From: Hormiphora californensis
Taxonomy: Eukaryota; Animalia; Ctenophora
Assembly (NCBI GenBank): GCA_020137815.1
Contig: CM035351.1
Coordinates: forward strand, 7,378,001 to 7,442,000
Direction: 5' to 3'
Length of the DNA stretch: 64,000 nucleotides
Part shown: in pieces, positions 22,568 through 34,765 of the stretch
How positions within the stretch are numbered: the first letter of the stretch is position 1
How the letters are laid out: each line of letters starts with the position of its first letter
Notes under the pieces: generated by a model
What the model was told of the DNA's origin: nothing
What the model saw: the letters and a program-made list of their open reading frames with translations, nothing else
The model's database searches: none
Position numbers and translations under genes: made by a program

Positions 22568-25508
22568 TTACTGGCATCCGAGATGTTGACAGCAGAACCC
22601 GGGACAGTGTCTCCAGTACCAATCGACCCTGTTTTGGGCCCTCTCGTGAGAGAGATAGCAGTTGGCCGGGTTGAACCTGGAGCAGTACGGGTAGGGATCC
22701 ACCTTGGTTGTCCCACATGGCATGTCGTGATCACCGCCACAATTGGGACCCCGATAACAAAACTCCTTGGATCCTCCCCGGACAATACAATAGGGTGCCA
22801 TGTCCTGACCCCAGGGATTCCGACAGAAGTTGTGATTACCCAACCTCAACATTTCTCTTCCAAACTCCACTTCCTCAAAATCACCAACAACCGCCATTTG
22901 CTTCCAATTCTGACATCGCCGACCACTGACAGTGCTGGACAAGGATCCCTGGTAGTCCATGCCCGTACCGACAAAGTCATCCCCGGGGTTCTCTTGGCAG
23001 TACTGAATCAACCTACTGTCCGGTCCGAAGACATTTTGGACTTCACAGTAGTTTTGTTCCCCGGCCAGCACATACCCCTCATTGCATTCAATTTTCAATT
23101 TCTCTCCCACGGTAAGGAGGAAGTTATTGAGAACCCTTCCATTCTTGATATCGGGTGCCCAACACGTCCCAGTTGAGGGTTTCTCATGCCTCACCAGCAA
23201 CTTGACCATCTGAGTTTCAGTGCCACAGTCCAGGGGATTCATGTTGCACGTACGCGGACACTTTATCATGATATTTGTGGAAATTCGGCAGTAACTTTTC
23301 AACCGTGCACAACTCTTCTCTCCCACTAGCGGTACCTGATCCTTGCACCGGTACCCTCCATCGCTGTCACACACCTGACACGTATACCCGCACACATCCT
23401 GTACCTTTCTGTAGTTGCACTTGTTGAATAGCACCTGGCAGTTGTAACGGGGGTTGTCTCGGCAGTGTTCCGGCAGGGATAGGGAGAGGTGGCGACGTTG
23501 GGTTGCAATCCTCGTTGTCACTCGTTTTCTCTCTTTATCCAGCTCGTTCTGCCTGTCTTCATCAGACGTGTTTCTCTGGAATGAGGCAGGTTAGGCAGGT
23601 TAGGAAACTCTCCTAGAGTATGTGACTTGATGTGAGGTTGTTAAGAGTAAGGGGTGGGGCACCTCTTACTCAACTAATGTGAGGAATTCCAACTCGAAGT
23701 AAGGAATTTGAATCCATAGGAGGTGTTATTGCAAATGATAAATAGGCTGGATTCAGGGAGTGTCGAATATATATAATGCTCATGACAAAAAGACATAGGT
23801 CTCTTTAATTCTCGATCCATTCCTTCTCTTTCTCTGTGTTTCTTGGATCTTCAATGATAATATGAAAAAACTTGGGGGACTCCTGCTGCAGCAGGGGACG
23901 AATGATAATCGTTTTAGTGAATAGTGTTGAACTCCAATATAATGTATCTACTGGTATGGGTGGCAAATTCCAGATTACACAGTGTGTAATGTGGGATACC
24001 CTTGCATGGTTATTAGTGACATCATACAATTATTTAATTGGGGCAACGGAAGGTAGGTGACTGTTTGAATAATATAATCATGTCTCAGTATTTACCGGAA
24101 CACAGTACTGCTTGTGAGATCGGCACGTCTTCGTTTCGGAACAGTAAACAGGAAAATCATCAGGGCACCCCGATGTCGCCTGTATCTCTTTTGGCTCTGT
24201 TCTCGGTTCCGTCAGTAGGACGGACATGTGACTTTCAATTCCACATGAATTCCTCCCCCGGAGAATCCTAGAACGAGTTTAACGATGAGGAAAGAGGGGA
24301 TGAGAAAGAGATGGTGCGATTAGGGGCTCAATCCGGCTTTTGGAAAAATGTGAAATATTTAATTCATAAACTCAATTATTGAGTCCTGCAGCTGTAGTAT
24401 CGGGATTGTGTTCTGGTGTGTTAGTCGGCAAGATCAATGGATAATGAAATCAATAGCATGTACCTTTGCTTTGTCAAAAGAAGTAAAGGTGAATGGGAAA
24501 TATATTATGAATTCCGATATGTAAAATCTACCTGAAATATCCATTTTCACCCCAGTTAGAGCCTCGATCATTTTTTACTTTGTAGAAACGATTACCATCA
24601 ACTATGTCGTATCCTACTATCGTTACAAAGTGGTCACACGAGTCGCTTGACCGACTGTAAAAGTTGTTAAAAGGTTAAGTTTGCAAGCCGACTGACAAGT
24701 CTACAGCTCTCAGTCTTAATTAAAGTGGGCTGCCGTGGCAGTAAAGATACATTTAGCATTTAATATACTCACCCGTCGAGTATTCCCTCTCCGTATCCGT
24801 GATATGAAGGGCATACCGTGTTTTCAGTTGAGATGCACGCCAGTACACTACCATACCTGCAGACAACAATGATTCGAAGAACATCGAATTCTGACACCTA
24901 ATTGGCGTTGCCATGGTAACACATTCTGACACCTAACTAGTGTCGCCATGGTAACACATTCTGACACCTAACTAGTGTCACCATGGAAACACATTCTGAC
25001 ACCTAACTAGTGTCGCCATGGAAACTGACCTCACAATGGCGCTCTCGAACTCCTCCGCTGTAATTGATGCCAGACCGGTGACCCTGATGTCAATGAGTCC
25101 ATCCGGTGCCCCGGCACTCCTGCAGACTCGTTTAGTGGACCCATAACTGGCATATTTATCCTCTGGAGACAGTCGATCGTGAACCTCCAGCCACTTAACA
25201 AGTTGCTCTAAGCTGTCACCAGAGCCCGTCCTGCAGCCGTTCATGTAACAGTCTATAATCTCCTGCTCACTGAACTTCGGCAGGCTGCCCGTGTGTCTGA
25301 AGTATGCTATTTCTAGGGCAGTTGTGAGGGTAAACACATCGGAGGCGGAACATAGGGGAGCTCCTAACAACCGGCTGGAAGCTGGCTCTGGTAACCGGAC
25401 CTCTCTGTCGATATCAAATCTTGCAGGAGTCTCAATTGAGGTGTCGAGATAGATGGCGTGGAGAATGAAGGCAAGTTGTAGTAGGATAACGTGGAATAAA
25501 AGGGCCAT
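22568..25508 (-). CDS. Secreted papain (C1A)-fold protein with Cys-to-Ser nucleophile, followed by ShKT x2, sushi, kringle and an ShK-like C-terminus
   Basis: Exons ~25508-25030, ~24856-24773, ~24654-24534, 24267-24096 and 23575-22568. Motifs: FSEQEIIDC..GC, CDHFVTIVGY, KVKNDRGSNWGENGYFRILRGRNSCGIE; CGYTCQVC and CPRTC (ShKT); ECNEGYVLAG (sushi); GMDYQG...HNFCRNP (kringle). Confidence 0.85.
24888..25025. repeat. 35-bp minisatellite, 4 copies, making up most of an intron
   Basis: Unit acattctgacacctaactagtgtcgccatggtaac. Confidence 0.9.
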
Positions 25509-26250
25509 AGTTTTTCTGGGATCTGAGAGATGGAAAGATTATGGGTATCACATTCAAACAACTACTGCAGCTGCTGGATCGCGGCTAATACCCTCCAAGA
25601 TTCCTAGCAACTATTTTACTCCAGCAGGATTCTCAACAACTATTAAACTCTCCAGGATTCTCGGCAGTCCAGGGTACAAAGAACAAACAGGACACAACAC
25701 GAGGGACTTCGTGCATGGCTTGATCAAATCAAAAGATCTACAATATACACTCAGAATTAAAGGCTCTATACAACTACTAGGAACTATATATAAGCGGAAT
25801 ATATAATGGTGGACTGCTGAGCTATACTTGTACATACACGCCCGATCGGAGTGGGGGGTCTGCAGATAATTCGGTTAGAATCATACCCCCTGATGAAGGA
25901 AGGAAGAATCTAGAATCATGAGGATCGTCCATTCAATATCATTGTATGGGTTACTGAACCCTATCCATATTTAAAATAACCCCAAATTATGCACTTGTAA
26001 TTTGACATAAAATAACGTTTACACAATCAGAGAGATGGGGGATATAACTTTCTAATTCTTGTCTTAGTATTAACAAAATGGGCATTGGGCAAATCAGAAC
26101 AATAGATAAATAGGGTGGAACCCAGCGTAAAATGTTGAAACCCGAGTGATCCACATATTTTATTTCAAGGAGCTACCTTCCTGATAACGATGGGGCAAAT
26201 GCTCTGAATAATCCAAGATATCCCAGGTCGAGTTCGATTCCCGGCAAGTT

Positions 26251-26254
26251 CGGA

Positions 26255-26333
<79 letters not shown>

Positions 26334-26626
26334 AGAGAGCGAGCGAGAGAGAGAGAGAGACAGATAGACAGACAGAGAGAGACAGAGAGAGACAGAGAGA
26401 GACAGAGAGAGAGAGAGACAGAGAAAGAAAGAAATAGAGGGAGAGAGAGAAATTTAATCACTGTTCCTGCATAAATAATTTTTTTCTTGGCGTCATCGTC
26501 CAAAACAGCTCAAATAATTGCCTCGCATGGCAAATCTCATCTTCGACAGATCAATGGATAAACATACCCTCACAGATCATATTATATAGTTTGTATTTGG
26601 GAAGAGAGAGGGAGAGAGAGAGGGGG

Positions 26627-26705
<79 letters not shown>

Positions 26706-26720
26706 AGGAGAGAGAGAGAA
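26251..26720. repeat. (GA)n microsatellite tracts
   Basis: Direct inspection. Similar GA/CT tracts at about 12290-12970, 14930-15260, 29347-29555, 36845-37245 and 46410-46512. Confidence 0.95.
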
Positions 26721-27460
26721 GGAGTCTTCGGAGTGTCATATATGGCTCCATTGAGACGAGAAATATATATATGGAAAAAGAGCTGGAGAGAAGCCGATAA
26801 CAACTGAATCTGAAAACATATTGAAGAATAGGCCGATGGAGAGAGAGAGAGAATGTATACAGCATTATGTTAGGTTTAAAATTGGAAGAGTTGACAGGTA
26901 TTCAGAATGTAGAATGAAGGGTATACTATAGAAGAAATTAGGGACAACCGCATTAGCCGAGTCAAGAGCTGTGTCGCTGACAAGTAATACTCTCAAGTTA
27001 TTTACTAAATGCAAACCCGGGATTTTGGTCAGGCTTCATCATTGAAGCACGATTATTCCCCTTCTTTCTGTCTCTATAACTTACAACTATCTCTCTTTCT
27101 TCCCCTGATGTAGTGTTCAGTCATTTTGGTAGGCTGGAAGGAGCCAAGAGTTTCTATTTCTTGAAGGTACTCATATAAGTCGCGTGTGAACTCAATCTTG
27201 CTTTCACTATTCATGAACCCAGACTCTGCCCCCACTCTGCCATAACAAATTATCCTATTTTCGACTTTCAGGAATTCTATAGTTGTAACGGAAACTACCT
27301 TATTATGTACCTAAAATCTTATTTTTACTGTTTCCATGGTAACCGTATCGGTAACTATGAAGACTGAATCGCTAAAATGTGTTCTAAAATAATCACGAAC
27401 TTCCAAAAGTGTGAATAACAGCTTTACAGCGTTGGTCACATAAATGCTTTAATGAAGGAG

Positions 27461-28783
27461 CACAGTGGCCTTTTTCATGGGAGTAGGTGGTCATTAAGAA
27501 AAAAAAATTTTTTGAACCTATCTGGTAGCTTTTTGGACGTAGAATCCAATGCACCCCTCACTCATGCCTTGATTTTTTGAGGAAAGTGGTGTTTTTCCAA
27601 AAAGGAGGGTAATTGAAAAATTTTCGAAACAATTTTTTTGATCTTATCTGGTAGCTTTTTTGACGTAGAATCAAATGCACCCCTCACTCATGCCTTGATT
27701 TTTTGAGGAAAGTGGTGTTTTTTCAGTTTTTAGTCTTTTTAGGCTTCTTTGACAACCATACTTAAAATTTAGCTGGAGCAGGTGAAATGGGGATCCATAA
27801 CAATTTAAATGTGGTTGATAGTAAGAAATCGAACAAATGTATATCTCATTCAAAATTTTTTTTCAAACTTCATCCAGGGCGTTTTTATGGTCAAAAAACG
27901 AAGAAAACTTGATTTTTCGACCATAATATACAATAGTACGCACTTGAAACCTTTTTTATCTGAAAGGCCAGACAATTTCCTATCTTTTGGTCTATAGGAC
28001 ATCGATGAGGTTCGATGAGGAGGCTGGGGAGAAAAAAGAGCCACAAAAAGACGAAAAAACGCGTTTTCACCGTTTTCCTTCAATATTAGAGTCCTAATTC
28101 TATCGGCAATCGATTCTACGTGTAAAATAAGGTCGAGAAACGTGTTTAGTTAGGTCTCAAACTTTTGAAAGATCGTTTTTTTTAAAGTAAACAAACACGC
28201 CTTCTTTAATGCTTTCTCCCCAGCCTCCTCATCGAACCTCATCGATGTCCTATAGACCAAAAGATAGGAAATTGTCTGGCCTTTCAGATAAAAAAGGTTT
28301 CAAGTGCGTACTATTGTATATTATGGTCGAAAAATCAAGTTTTCTTCGTTTTTTGACCATAAAAACGCCCTGGATGAAGTTTGAAAAAAAATTTTTGAAT
28401 GAGATATAAATTTGTTCGATTTCTTACTATCAACCACATTTAAATTGTTATGGATCCCCATTTCACCTACTCCAGCTAAATTTTAAGTATGGTTGTCAAA
28501 GAAGCCTTAAAAGACTAAAAACTGAAAAAACACCACTTTCCTCAAAAAATTAAGGCATGAGTGAGGGGTGCATTTGATTCTACGTCCAAAAAGCTACCAG
28601 ATAAGATCAAACAATTTTTTTCGAAAATTTTTCAATTACACTTCTTTTTGGAAAAACACCACTTTCCTCAAAAAATCAAGGCATGAGTGAGGGGTGCATT
28701 GGATTCTACGTCCAAAAAGCTACCAGATAGGTTCAAAATAAAAATTTCGTAAAATTCTTAGTGACCACCAAAAGGCCACTGTG
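27461..28783. mobile_element. Non-autonomous Transib/RAG-like DNA transposon with ~570-bp inverted arms
   Basis: Termini CACAGTGGCCTTTT...AAAAGGCCACTGTG. 5-bp TSD AGGAG at 27456-27460 and 28784-28788. Arms ~27461-28035 and ~28213-28783 are near-identical reverse complements. Confidence 0.88.
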
Positions 28784-29342
28784 AGGAGCACCGTCGCATA
28801 ACAACGCACTGAACGAACGACGTTCAAATCTGTTTTATAGCAGAGATAAGGTAGCTAGTTGATAACACGAACAATACTTCATTGACGAAGGTATCCGGGA
28901 TCACGACAGGATTTGTTGAGTACTCAACAAGACAGGATTAATAATTCTGGAATAGTCTAGGTTCATGAATAGGTGGAAAGAAAATATAAAATCAAACGGC
29001 ATAAAGAACAGACTACCGTGATACTCTGTCAGAGCATTAGCCTGACAGGTGATACTAAACTTGGACAAATCGACATTTTAAGGGACCAACTTACAAAAAG
29101 TACCCAGATATGTTTAGTGTTTACCATTGAGGGTATATTAACCCGGGCGCCGCGCCACAGGTATTTGGATTGGGTTGACAGCACTTTAAACGAAGCGTTG
29201 CAAGACACAGGTTAGGTACTTTTTATAAGTTGCTCTGTAATGATTACTCTGCAGAACTATACCTTCGTGGAAAGGTTTAGCATTCTTGTTACAAAAAGAG
29301 ACAAGAAAAGGCTGCGGAGCTATCTCAGAGACAGGTGTCTGT

Positions 29343-29474
<132 letters not shown>

Positions 29475-29481
29475 AAGAAAG

Positions 29482-29560
<79 letters not shown>

Positions 29561-29908
29561 TACCTTGGAACACTGCACGTGAGAGAAGATGCGAATTGCA
29601 AAGAGAGAAAGGGGATATAATGGGGATTTTCAGGAGAAAAGAGATGGATATAGGGATGAAAGGAGTGAAAAAGAGTTGGAATATTTACTGAAAGGATAAC
29701 TGGAAGTGAAATGTAGACCTTGAAGGAGACGGACTAAAAATTCGACCAGGGGGGCGGGGGTTGTACCCTCTTACGATTATATGTCATCATTACGTAGCAG
29801 TTATATAGTTACAGATATTTGTCTTGTTGTGATGATGTTTCCATTTAGGTAGGTGCCAGGTGGGTTGCGTCCTGTGTGACGTGTGTGGGAGGAGTGGTGG
29901 TCAGTTTC

Positions 29909-32900
29909 GGAGGGTGAGATTCCTTCCTACGCCTGATGGAGTGCGGGCCGGGGCTAACGTCTAGCACAACCCTACTAAAAGGGATGTAGCTAGCGATAGT
30001 GTCTAAAGACTCCATCTCTGGAGAGCATACCCAGGGGACAAACCACACACCCCCCTGTAATGGGTCTCTCCATCTAACATGGACTAACCCAACCCCTTAA
30101 TCAAGATTCAAAAATTCCAAACTACTAACAAATTCACTCCAGGTACAATGGTAGAAAACCAGCAGAGACCGGAGTTAAACACTTCATTATATTATTACCC
30201 AGGGGCTCTTTTACGTTCCCCTGTAACTACCAGAGCCAAGTTTTGGGACGGGGCAACTACAGGGATGCCCAAATCAAATGGGCTACCCTTGCTCCCGACC
30301 CTAACTTATAACTAAAGAACCAATATATAGGCCAATAGGGTGTGTAATTCGCCGACCCCCAGGCCACGGGGCCTTAATTCCGTGGTCACGAGGCGTCTCT
30401 TCTTTCCCTTTTAAAACAACGGGGCATATCATTACTGACCCGCCATAATCCCATGCTATATGGAGAATTATATTACCTTCACAAACCATCTAAGTGAGGA
30501 CTCTCACTACCCTTATCTCCCCCAAATAGCTAGAGGACTCTCAGCAACTCCGCACAGGGCCCCCATCCCAGGAGGGCCCTTCAGGGAGCACCCTCTATCC
30601 GGGGAGCACCCTCCATTACATGAGGGCACCAGCCCCTGTAAAACGGGACTATCGCCCGTAAGAGAAGCTGACCTTCTAAATGATGGAGATTCGGGCAGTG
30701 TAGCGACAGGGAAAGGGCAGAAGAGTCAAATCGCAGCCCCGAATAGTGCAGGTGGAATCCAAATGACCCTCCGAAAGGAAGGGACAGGGAGGTCCAACAC
30801 TGTCCGCGGAGCCCAAGACAATCTGCCGCCCCCACCCCAGAAGGAGGGGCAGCAGAGTCTAGGGCCGCCTCCAGGACCCTCAGCAGCCAAGAAAATAAGT
30901 AAAAACATCAGAGTAACACAAATTAACCTCCATAAAAGTCATGAAGCATGGGATGACATAATCACCTGTAACCAAACACGATCACAAATTATCCTAGCCC
31001 AAGAACCACCTATTATAGGGAAAACATCTAAAGTTAGAGCCAGCGGAGGATTCTCTGCCCTATATGACAAAAGGGCTCAGAGACCACGTGCGAGCATCTT
31101 AATCAATAGTAACCTAGGGAGGAACGTATTTCTCCTTGACAAATTCACTGACAGGGACACAGTCACTATCCTTGTCAAACTGGGCACCAAATCAGTCATT
31201 TTATGCTCAATGTACATGGACAGAGAGCTAGAATGCCCTCCTAAATTACTAGGAGAGTTGGCAGCCCACGCAAAAAGAAATAACCTGAAACTAGTAATTG
31301 GATCTGATACCAACGCCCACAACACTAGTTGGGGGGCACTGGTTAAAGATCCTATTGGGAAGAAAAGGGGAGATGCACTATTAGATGCCATTGTAGATCT
31401 TGATCTGCATGTATCGAATGTGAATTGCCCCCACACTTTCGACAATGGAACAAGAAAAAATGTGCTAGATCTTACCATGACCAACAACCATGCACTGGAC
31501 ATGATACAAGACTGGCAGACAGTAGAAGGAAAATGCAGATCCGACCACGTACCCATCACATTTGTGTTGAGGGACATGGACGGTAGCAAGATCCGCTCAT
31601 TCTACAATATTAAGAAAACAAACTGGGCCCTATATAGACAACTTGTGGAAAAGGGCCTAGAAGAAACAGGACTGACAGAAATGGTAATATCAAACGCCGA
31701 AGAACTTGAAACAGCCAACGAAAAACTAATAGAACTGATGCTGTGGGCATACTACAAGTGTACCCCAAAAACATACGTTTCCGCCCACTCCAAAGACCCC
31801 CCGTGGCTCAGTGGGGAGGTCAAGGCAGCTAGGGAAGAAATATTTGATAAACTGAGACACGCCCAGACCACGAAAGTGCATCAAGACTGGGACTCAGCAA
31901 AAACAGCTCGAAACAAATACACAAAAACCAAAAACCAGTCTAAATTTAAAAACTGGAAAATATGGGCTGAAGATCTCGATGCATATTCAGATGCCCAGAA
32001 GGTTAGCCAAGTGCTCAAGAACAGTAAAGATTATAATCTCAGCTGTATCTTTGACGCAAATGGTGAACTATCACAGTCCCCTAAAGAAACCCTCCAGATA
32101 ATGGCAGAGGTTCACTTTGGCGAGGACCACTCAACTAGACCCTCCCTCAAGGACAAAACTGAAGCCCCAGAAGGGGAGTGGTCTGATGAAAAAACATTCT
32201 CGAAAACACGTATCATCAAGGCGCTGAGGGAATTTAAACCCTTAACAGCTGCTGGGCCGGATGGCATCAGGCCCATCATGATGCAAAAAGTAGCAGACAT
32301 TATTGCTGAACCATTTGCAAAGATAGCTAAGGCATCGTACAGTCTAGGGGTAACCCCCAAATCCTGGCAGGAAGCAGAAGCCATCTACCTGCCCAAGCCA
32401 GGAAAGGATGACTATCGTATGCCTAAATCATACCGAACAATAACCCTTGCGTCAAACCTCCACAAACTCATGGAACGGTTAATTCTATGGCACATTGAGG
32501 TAGACCAAAAAGTACACAAAAAATTAAACAAGTCGCAATATGGATTTAGAAGAGGCGTTTCAACAGAAACAGCCCTCCATAAAGTAGTACGCAAACTCGA
32601 AGGCACCCTCATGCACAAGGGCATTGCCCTGGGTACGTTCTTGGACATCGAGGGAGCCTTCGATAACGTGGCATTCCAAGCTATGGAAAGAGCCCTTCAT
32701 GCAAAGCTACGCGACAAAAGAACAGCGGTCTGGATCACCTACATGATCTCAAACCGCGAAATAACCACGAACCTAATGGAAGAGTCCCTTACTATAAGAG
32801 CCACCCGGGGTTGTCCCCAGGGAGGAATACTTTCCCCGTTCCTATGGAACCTGGTAATGGACGATCTACTAAACCATAGCAAAAAGAATATACCAGGTGA

Positions 32901-34765
32901 ACTACAGGGCTTTGCGGATGACTTATGTCATATAGTAGCAACCACAATGCCCTCCGGAAGAAATGGACCCTCTGCGGACATACTCCCTCTAAGGGACGCA
33001 ACCCAGAAGGGGCTTAATTCCATAAACGCCTGGTGTAAGACAGTAGGGCTTAAACTAAGTGCCCTGAAATCGCATGTAGTCATATTCACCCATCGAAAAA
33101 AATGTGAAAATTGGAAACCCGATCAAAATTCAGGGTAACCCTATCAAAGTGTCCGAATCCACGAAGTTTCTAGGGATTACCCTTGACAGCAAACTGAACT
33201 GGAACGAGCACGTAAACAAACAAATAAAAAAAGCAAAAAATATCCTGATGCAGTGCCGTAAAGTGGTGGGACCCACGTGGGGACTAAACCCTAAAACGGC
33301 CCTATGGATATACACTGCAATAGTGAGACCCACCTTATGCTACGGGGCAATGGTCTGGGCTAATGCAATGCGAACCAAAACAAACAAAGAAAACATGATA
33401 AGGGTACAGAGGCTAGCACTCAAGATGGTAACTGGGGCCATGCCCTCGACGCCATCAACAGCCCTAGACACAATCACAAACACCGCCCCGATCACCGACC
33501 ATCTGAGGTACTGTGCAGCCAAAACTGCATACACCCTAATGGCAACGGGAGAATGGGAAGGGCCAATAAAATCAGACCTAAAGACCCCAAAAGTGTTCAC
33601 TTCGCATGCCAACACGGTATCACGTGATCTCAGAACTCTGGAAGCAGAGGGCAGATGTCACGATCTCACAACCCCGGAACTCACCCTAGACAGGGAATTC
33701 TCGTTAGAGATCCCAGAAAGGGAGACGTTTTTGGAGGATGGAGACAAGTACACGATAGTTGCACACACTGATGGGTCAAAAATTAACAACAATGCCGGTG
33801 CAGGATACATTATCCACTCTGGCGAAACAGAGCTAGCTCGAAATTCGTATAACCTAGGCCCCGAAGGAACTGTCCCGGCGGCAGAAATGTATGCCATACA
33901 ACAGACGGCTCAATATCTCCTGGATAGGGGAACAGCTAACGAGCGAATACTCATAAACTGTGACAGTCAAGGGACAATAAAGACCCTAGACTCCACGACA
34001 TGCAGATCAAAAACCACGATAAAGACTATCAAAAATCTGAACACCCTAGCCATATTCAACGATGTCATGATTAGATGGATCCCGGCCCATCAAGGGTACG
34101 ATGGAAACGAAATAGCAGACATCTTGGCAAAAAGGGGTGCTCAGGAAATCGAAGAAGTAACTCTCATACCAATTCCCAAAGCGGCAGCCTATGCAGCCCT
34201 CAGGGAGAAGGTTAAAACCGGACCCATCAAACAAACCAAACATATGGACATGATGTGGACCGAAAGATATGAGAGACCTCTTCAAAAACTTAATAGAACA
34301 GACCTAAGGGCGGCGACACACCTACTCACAGGGCACTGCCACCTTAACTACCACATGAAAAAATTAAAAAAAGTCGAGACCACAACCTGTGCAGCATGTG
34401 GGATGGAAGACGAGACAATAAAGCATGTACTTACTGAATGCCCCGCCCTTTGGAAACTCCGACAGGAATCCTTTGACAGGCTGGGCCTCAGCATGTACGA
34501 AATTAGACACCATCAACCCCTTAGAAAAACGATCTCGTTCTATAAGAAGGCGATGGAGATACTTCACCCCCCTGAAACCACCCCTTAAAGGGAGGTTTCC
34601 CCTGTGACCTGGTATGGCACCAGCTCCCCAAGTCTCCTTGGGCCGAAGCAGTTGGCAACATACCAGCCACACCACCCAGGACGGGGAACGGGAGCCTCAT
34701 GGCACCCACCCCTTACTGGCTAGTGCTTCGCACTAGCCAGCGTCCTCCCAGAAGAAGAAGAAGAA
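29909..34765 (+). mobile_element. Non-LTR retrotransposon (LOA/Lian-like; APE-RT-RNase H-CCHC)
   Basis: 13-bp TSD GGTGGTCAGTTTC at 29896-29908 and 34766-34778, and a (GAA)n tail. ORF motifs: QINLH, GSDTNAH and SDH (APE); GCPQGG and FADD (RT); HTDGSK, WIPAH and GNEIAD (RNase H); CAAC...HVLTEC. Confidence 0.95.
30460..34588 (+). CDS. LINE polyprotein split by one extra A in an A7 run at 33096-33102
   Basis: Removing one A fuses the 892-aa and 494-aa ORFs (…HRKNVKIGNP…). Confidence 0.88.

Noticed and set aside
27850-28409. Two near-identical short ORFs on opposite strands
   Set aside because: They are a by-product of the transposon's inverted arms.
33096-33102. Programmed ribosomal frameshift in the LINE
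   Set aside because: It needs a +1 shift within the RT/thumb region. A homopolymer indel is the simpler explanation.
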